Shown in pieces: positions 62,497 to 64,000 of a stretch of 64,000 nucleotides of DNA. The notes below the pieces were generated by a model. That model was not told the origin of the DNA. It was given only the letters and a program-made list of their open reading frames with translations, and made no database searches. The position numbers and the translations under genes were made by a program. The stretch's first letter is position 1; each line of letters begins with the position of its first letter. The DNA comes from an uncultured bacterium (GTDB lineage: Bacteria > Omnitrophota > Omnitrophia > Omnitrophales > Aquincolibacteriaceae): contig CAYZYT010000002.1 in assembly GCA_964482725.1 (NCBI GenBank), positions 74,437-138,436 of the forward strand. Direction: 5' to 3'.

Positions 62497-63359
62497 TCCT
62501 TCGTCCCTTCGAGGAGCTTCATGACTTTTTTCATATCCTCCCAGACCTTGCGCTTCTCCCCCGGGCTGCGCAAAAGATACGCCGGATGGTAGGTGCACAT
62601 GACCGGGATGCCCTCATAAGACTGGAACGTCCCCCGAAGTCCCGAGATGCCCTCCTCGGTTTGGAGAAGCGCTTTGACCGCATGATTGCCGAGCGCCACG
62701 ATCACCTTGGGTTGAATGATCTTGAGCTGCTCTTTGAGGTAAGGCCGGCAGTGAGCGACTTCTCCCGGCGCAGGCGGACGATTATTCGGCGGCCGGCATT
62801 TGAGGACGTTGCAAATAAAGACCTGATCACGGGTCCAGCCCATGGCTTCAATGATCTTCGTGAGGAGCTGACCGGCGCGGCCGACAAAAGGAAGTCCCTG
62901 CTCGTCTTCATCGGCGCCCGGGGCTTCCCCCACAAAAACAAGCTCGGCCTGGAGATTGCCGTCGCCAAAGACGACCTTGTTGCGGGTCTTCGCGAGTTCG
63001 GCGCAGAGTTTGCATTTCAGGACTTTGGCTCGAAGTGATTCGATCCCAGGATTGCTTTCCGCCGAAGCCTTGTCATTCCCGCATGCTTTACGCGGGAATC
63101 CACTTTTTGTTGCTGGACCCCCGACTAAAACATTCGGGGGTGACACAATTTGTCGACTTGAGGATTGCATCACGGAACTCGAAGACTTGAATGTTGCTTT
63201 GTCATCCTGAGCCGATTTTCGGCGAAGGATCTCGCTTTGAGATTCTTCGCCCTTCGGGCTCAGAATGACGGGAGCGAAAGATTTCTTCGGCACATACACT
63301 TCTTCAATGCCGTCTTCTTTCAAGGCTTTCAGGAATAAAAGAGACTCGCGCTTCGGCAT
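62493..63359 (-). CDS. udg: Uracil-DNA glycosylase family 4 (Fe-S)
   Basis: [38 protein letters not shown]. Confidence 0.95.
   Translation of the reverse strand: MPKRESLLFLKALKEDGIEEVYVPKKSFAPVILSPKGEESQSEILRRKSAQDDKATFKSSSSVMQSSSRQIVSPPNVLVGGPATKSGFPRKACGNDKASAESNPGIESLRAKVLKCKLCAELAKTRNKVVFGDGNLQAELVFVGEAPGADEDEQGLPFVGRAGQLLTKIIEAMGWTRDQVFICNVLKCRPPNNRPPAPGEVAHCRPYLKEQLKIIQPKVIVALGNHAVKALLQTEEGISGLRGTFQSYEGIPVMCTYHPAYLLRSPGEKRKVWEDMKKVMKLLEGTKE
63071..63145. repeat. 75-bp palindromic element family A (in udg)
   Basis: Same arms and length as the priA copies. Confidence 0.9.
63201..63269. repeat. 69-bp palindromic element family B (in udg)
   Basis: GTCATCCTGAGCC...GAAGGATCTC...GAGATTCTTCGCCC...GGGCTCAGAATGAC. 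Confidence 0.88.
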
Positions 63360-63364
63360 AAATA

Positions 63365-64000
63365 CTATTTTCCGGCAAGGATCAGTTTAACGAGATCTTC
63401 GGAGGCGTCCGGTTTCGCCAAGCGCGCGAGGGCGTCACGTTTTTTTTGCAAAGAAGACGGATCGTCCAGAATGCCTTTGACGATAGCGTGGATCTCGTGA
63501 GGATCGTTCAGAAAATACGCGGCATCGCGGATCTTCAGGAGCTTCACATTCCGGGTCTCTTGACCGGGGATCGGCGCCATGACGACCATGACCACCCCTT
63601 TGGTCAGGGCCTCGGAAGTCGTGGAGCCTCCGGATTTTGCGACCATGAGATCGCTTGCTTCCATCAGGTCCGGCATAAAGTCGATGAAGCCGAAGATCTT
63701 GACGGGAAATGGATAGACTTTGCTTTCAAGGATCGCTTTGAGTTCCGCGTTGTTGGCGCAGACGACAAAGCACTGAACCTTGTCTTGGAACGCCTTGAGT
63801 TCTTCCAGAATAGCTTCCTGGGGACCCAAGCCGAAGCTGCCGCTCGTAAGGAGGATCGTGAACCGGTGGGCCTCGAGGCCGTGTTTTTTGAGGATCTCCT
63901 GTTTTCTGCCTGTGGGCTTGAAGGTCGGAAGGATCGGAATGCCGCCGGCGGTGATCTTTCCTTCCGGTACGCCGCGACGAGCGAGATCCTGCTTGGTTTC
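63365..64000 (-). CDS. UgtP/MGDG-synthase-like glycosyltransferase (partial, 5' end outside window)
   Basis: Frame open to the window end: GIPI, TSGSFG, GFID.M..LM..SD..V.KSGG.T.SEA, PIPGQE.RN. Confidence 0.88.
   Translation of the reverse strand, partial: ETKQDLARRGVPEGKITAGGIPILPTFKPTGRKQEILKKHGLEAHRFTILLTSGSFGLGPQEAILEELKAFQDKVQCFVVCANNAELKAILESKVYPFPVKIFGFIDFMPDLMEASDLMVAKSGGSTTSEALTKGVVMVVMAPIPGQETRNVKLLKIRDAAYFLNDPHEIHAIVKGILDDPSSLQKKRDALARLAKPDASEDLVKLILAGK

Noticed and set aside
59947-62598. priA inserts as inteins or pseudogenisation; ORF-track start at 62598
   Set aside because: Inserts are 22-47 aa with no intein terminal motifs; frame and helicase motifs are intact; GTG 62496 overlapping the udg stop is the better start

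Overview
Bacterial chromosomal window with almost every gene on the minus strand; the lineage is probably Candidatus Omnitrophota or another PVC-like group (inferred from gene style and the giant ORF, not tested). About 43 kb is housekeeping: dnaK, an NtrB/NtrC-type two-component pair, trpFCDGE, hisIFAHBD, alaS, recX-recA, plsY, pgsA, smc, the fab/plsX/rpmF cluster, coaD, rsmD, recG, secG, tpiA-pgk-gap, a CBS-PAS kinase, fmt-def and ppnP. After a 15.65-kb giant gene come priA, udg and a partial UgtP-like glycosyltransferase. Two things stand out. (1) The 5216-aa secreted protein is built like a polyprotein. It has a signal peptide and an N-terminal domain with a TIKI/EreA/ChaN-like motif order, followed by unrelated cassettes (7-blade propeller, nucleotidyltransferase-like, APH-like kinase, a duplicated lipoprotein-like cassette, HD domain, HEAT repeats). 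Ten R-[SA]-E-[VIL]-[RQ] motifs separate these cassettes and are conserved as protein despite synonymous codon variation. (2) Several families of short palindromic or heptamer-repeat elements are inserted in frame inside priA, udg, fmt and the giant gene, including one nested insertion, and some also occur intergenically. dnaK also appears to have a sigma54 promoter with an upstream activator site. I recognised no rRNA, tRNA, CRISPR array or transposase.
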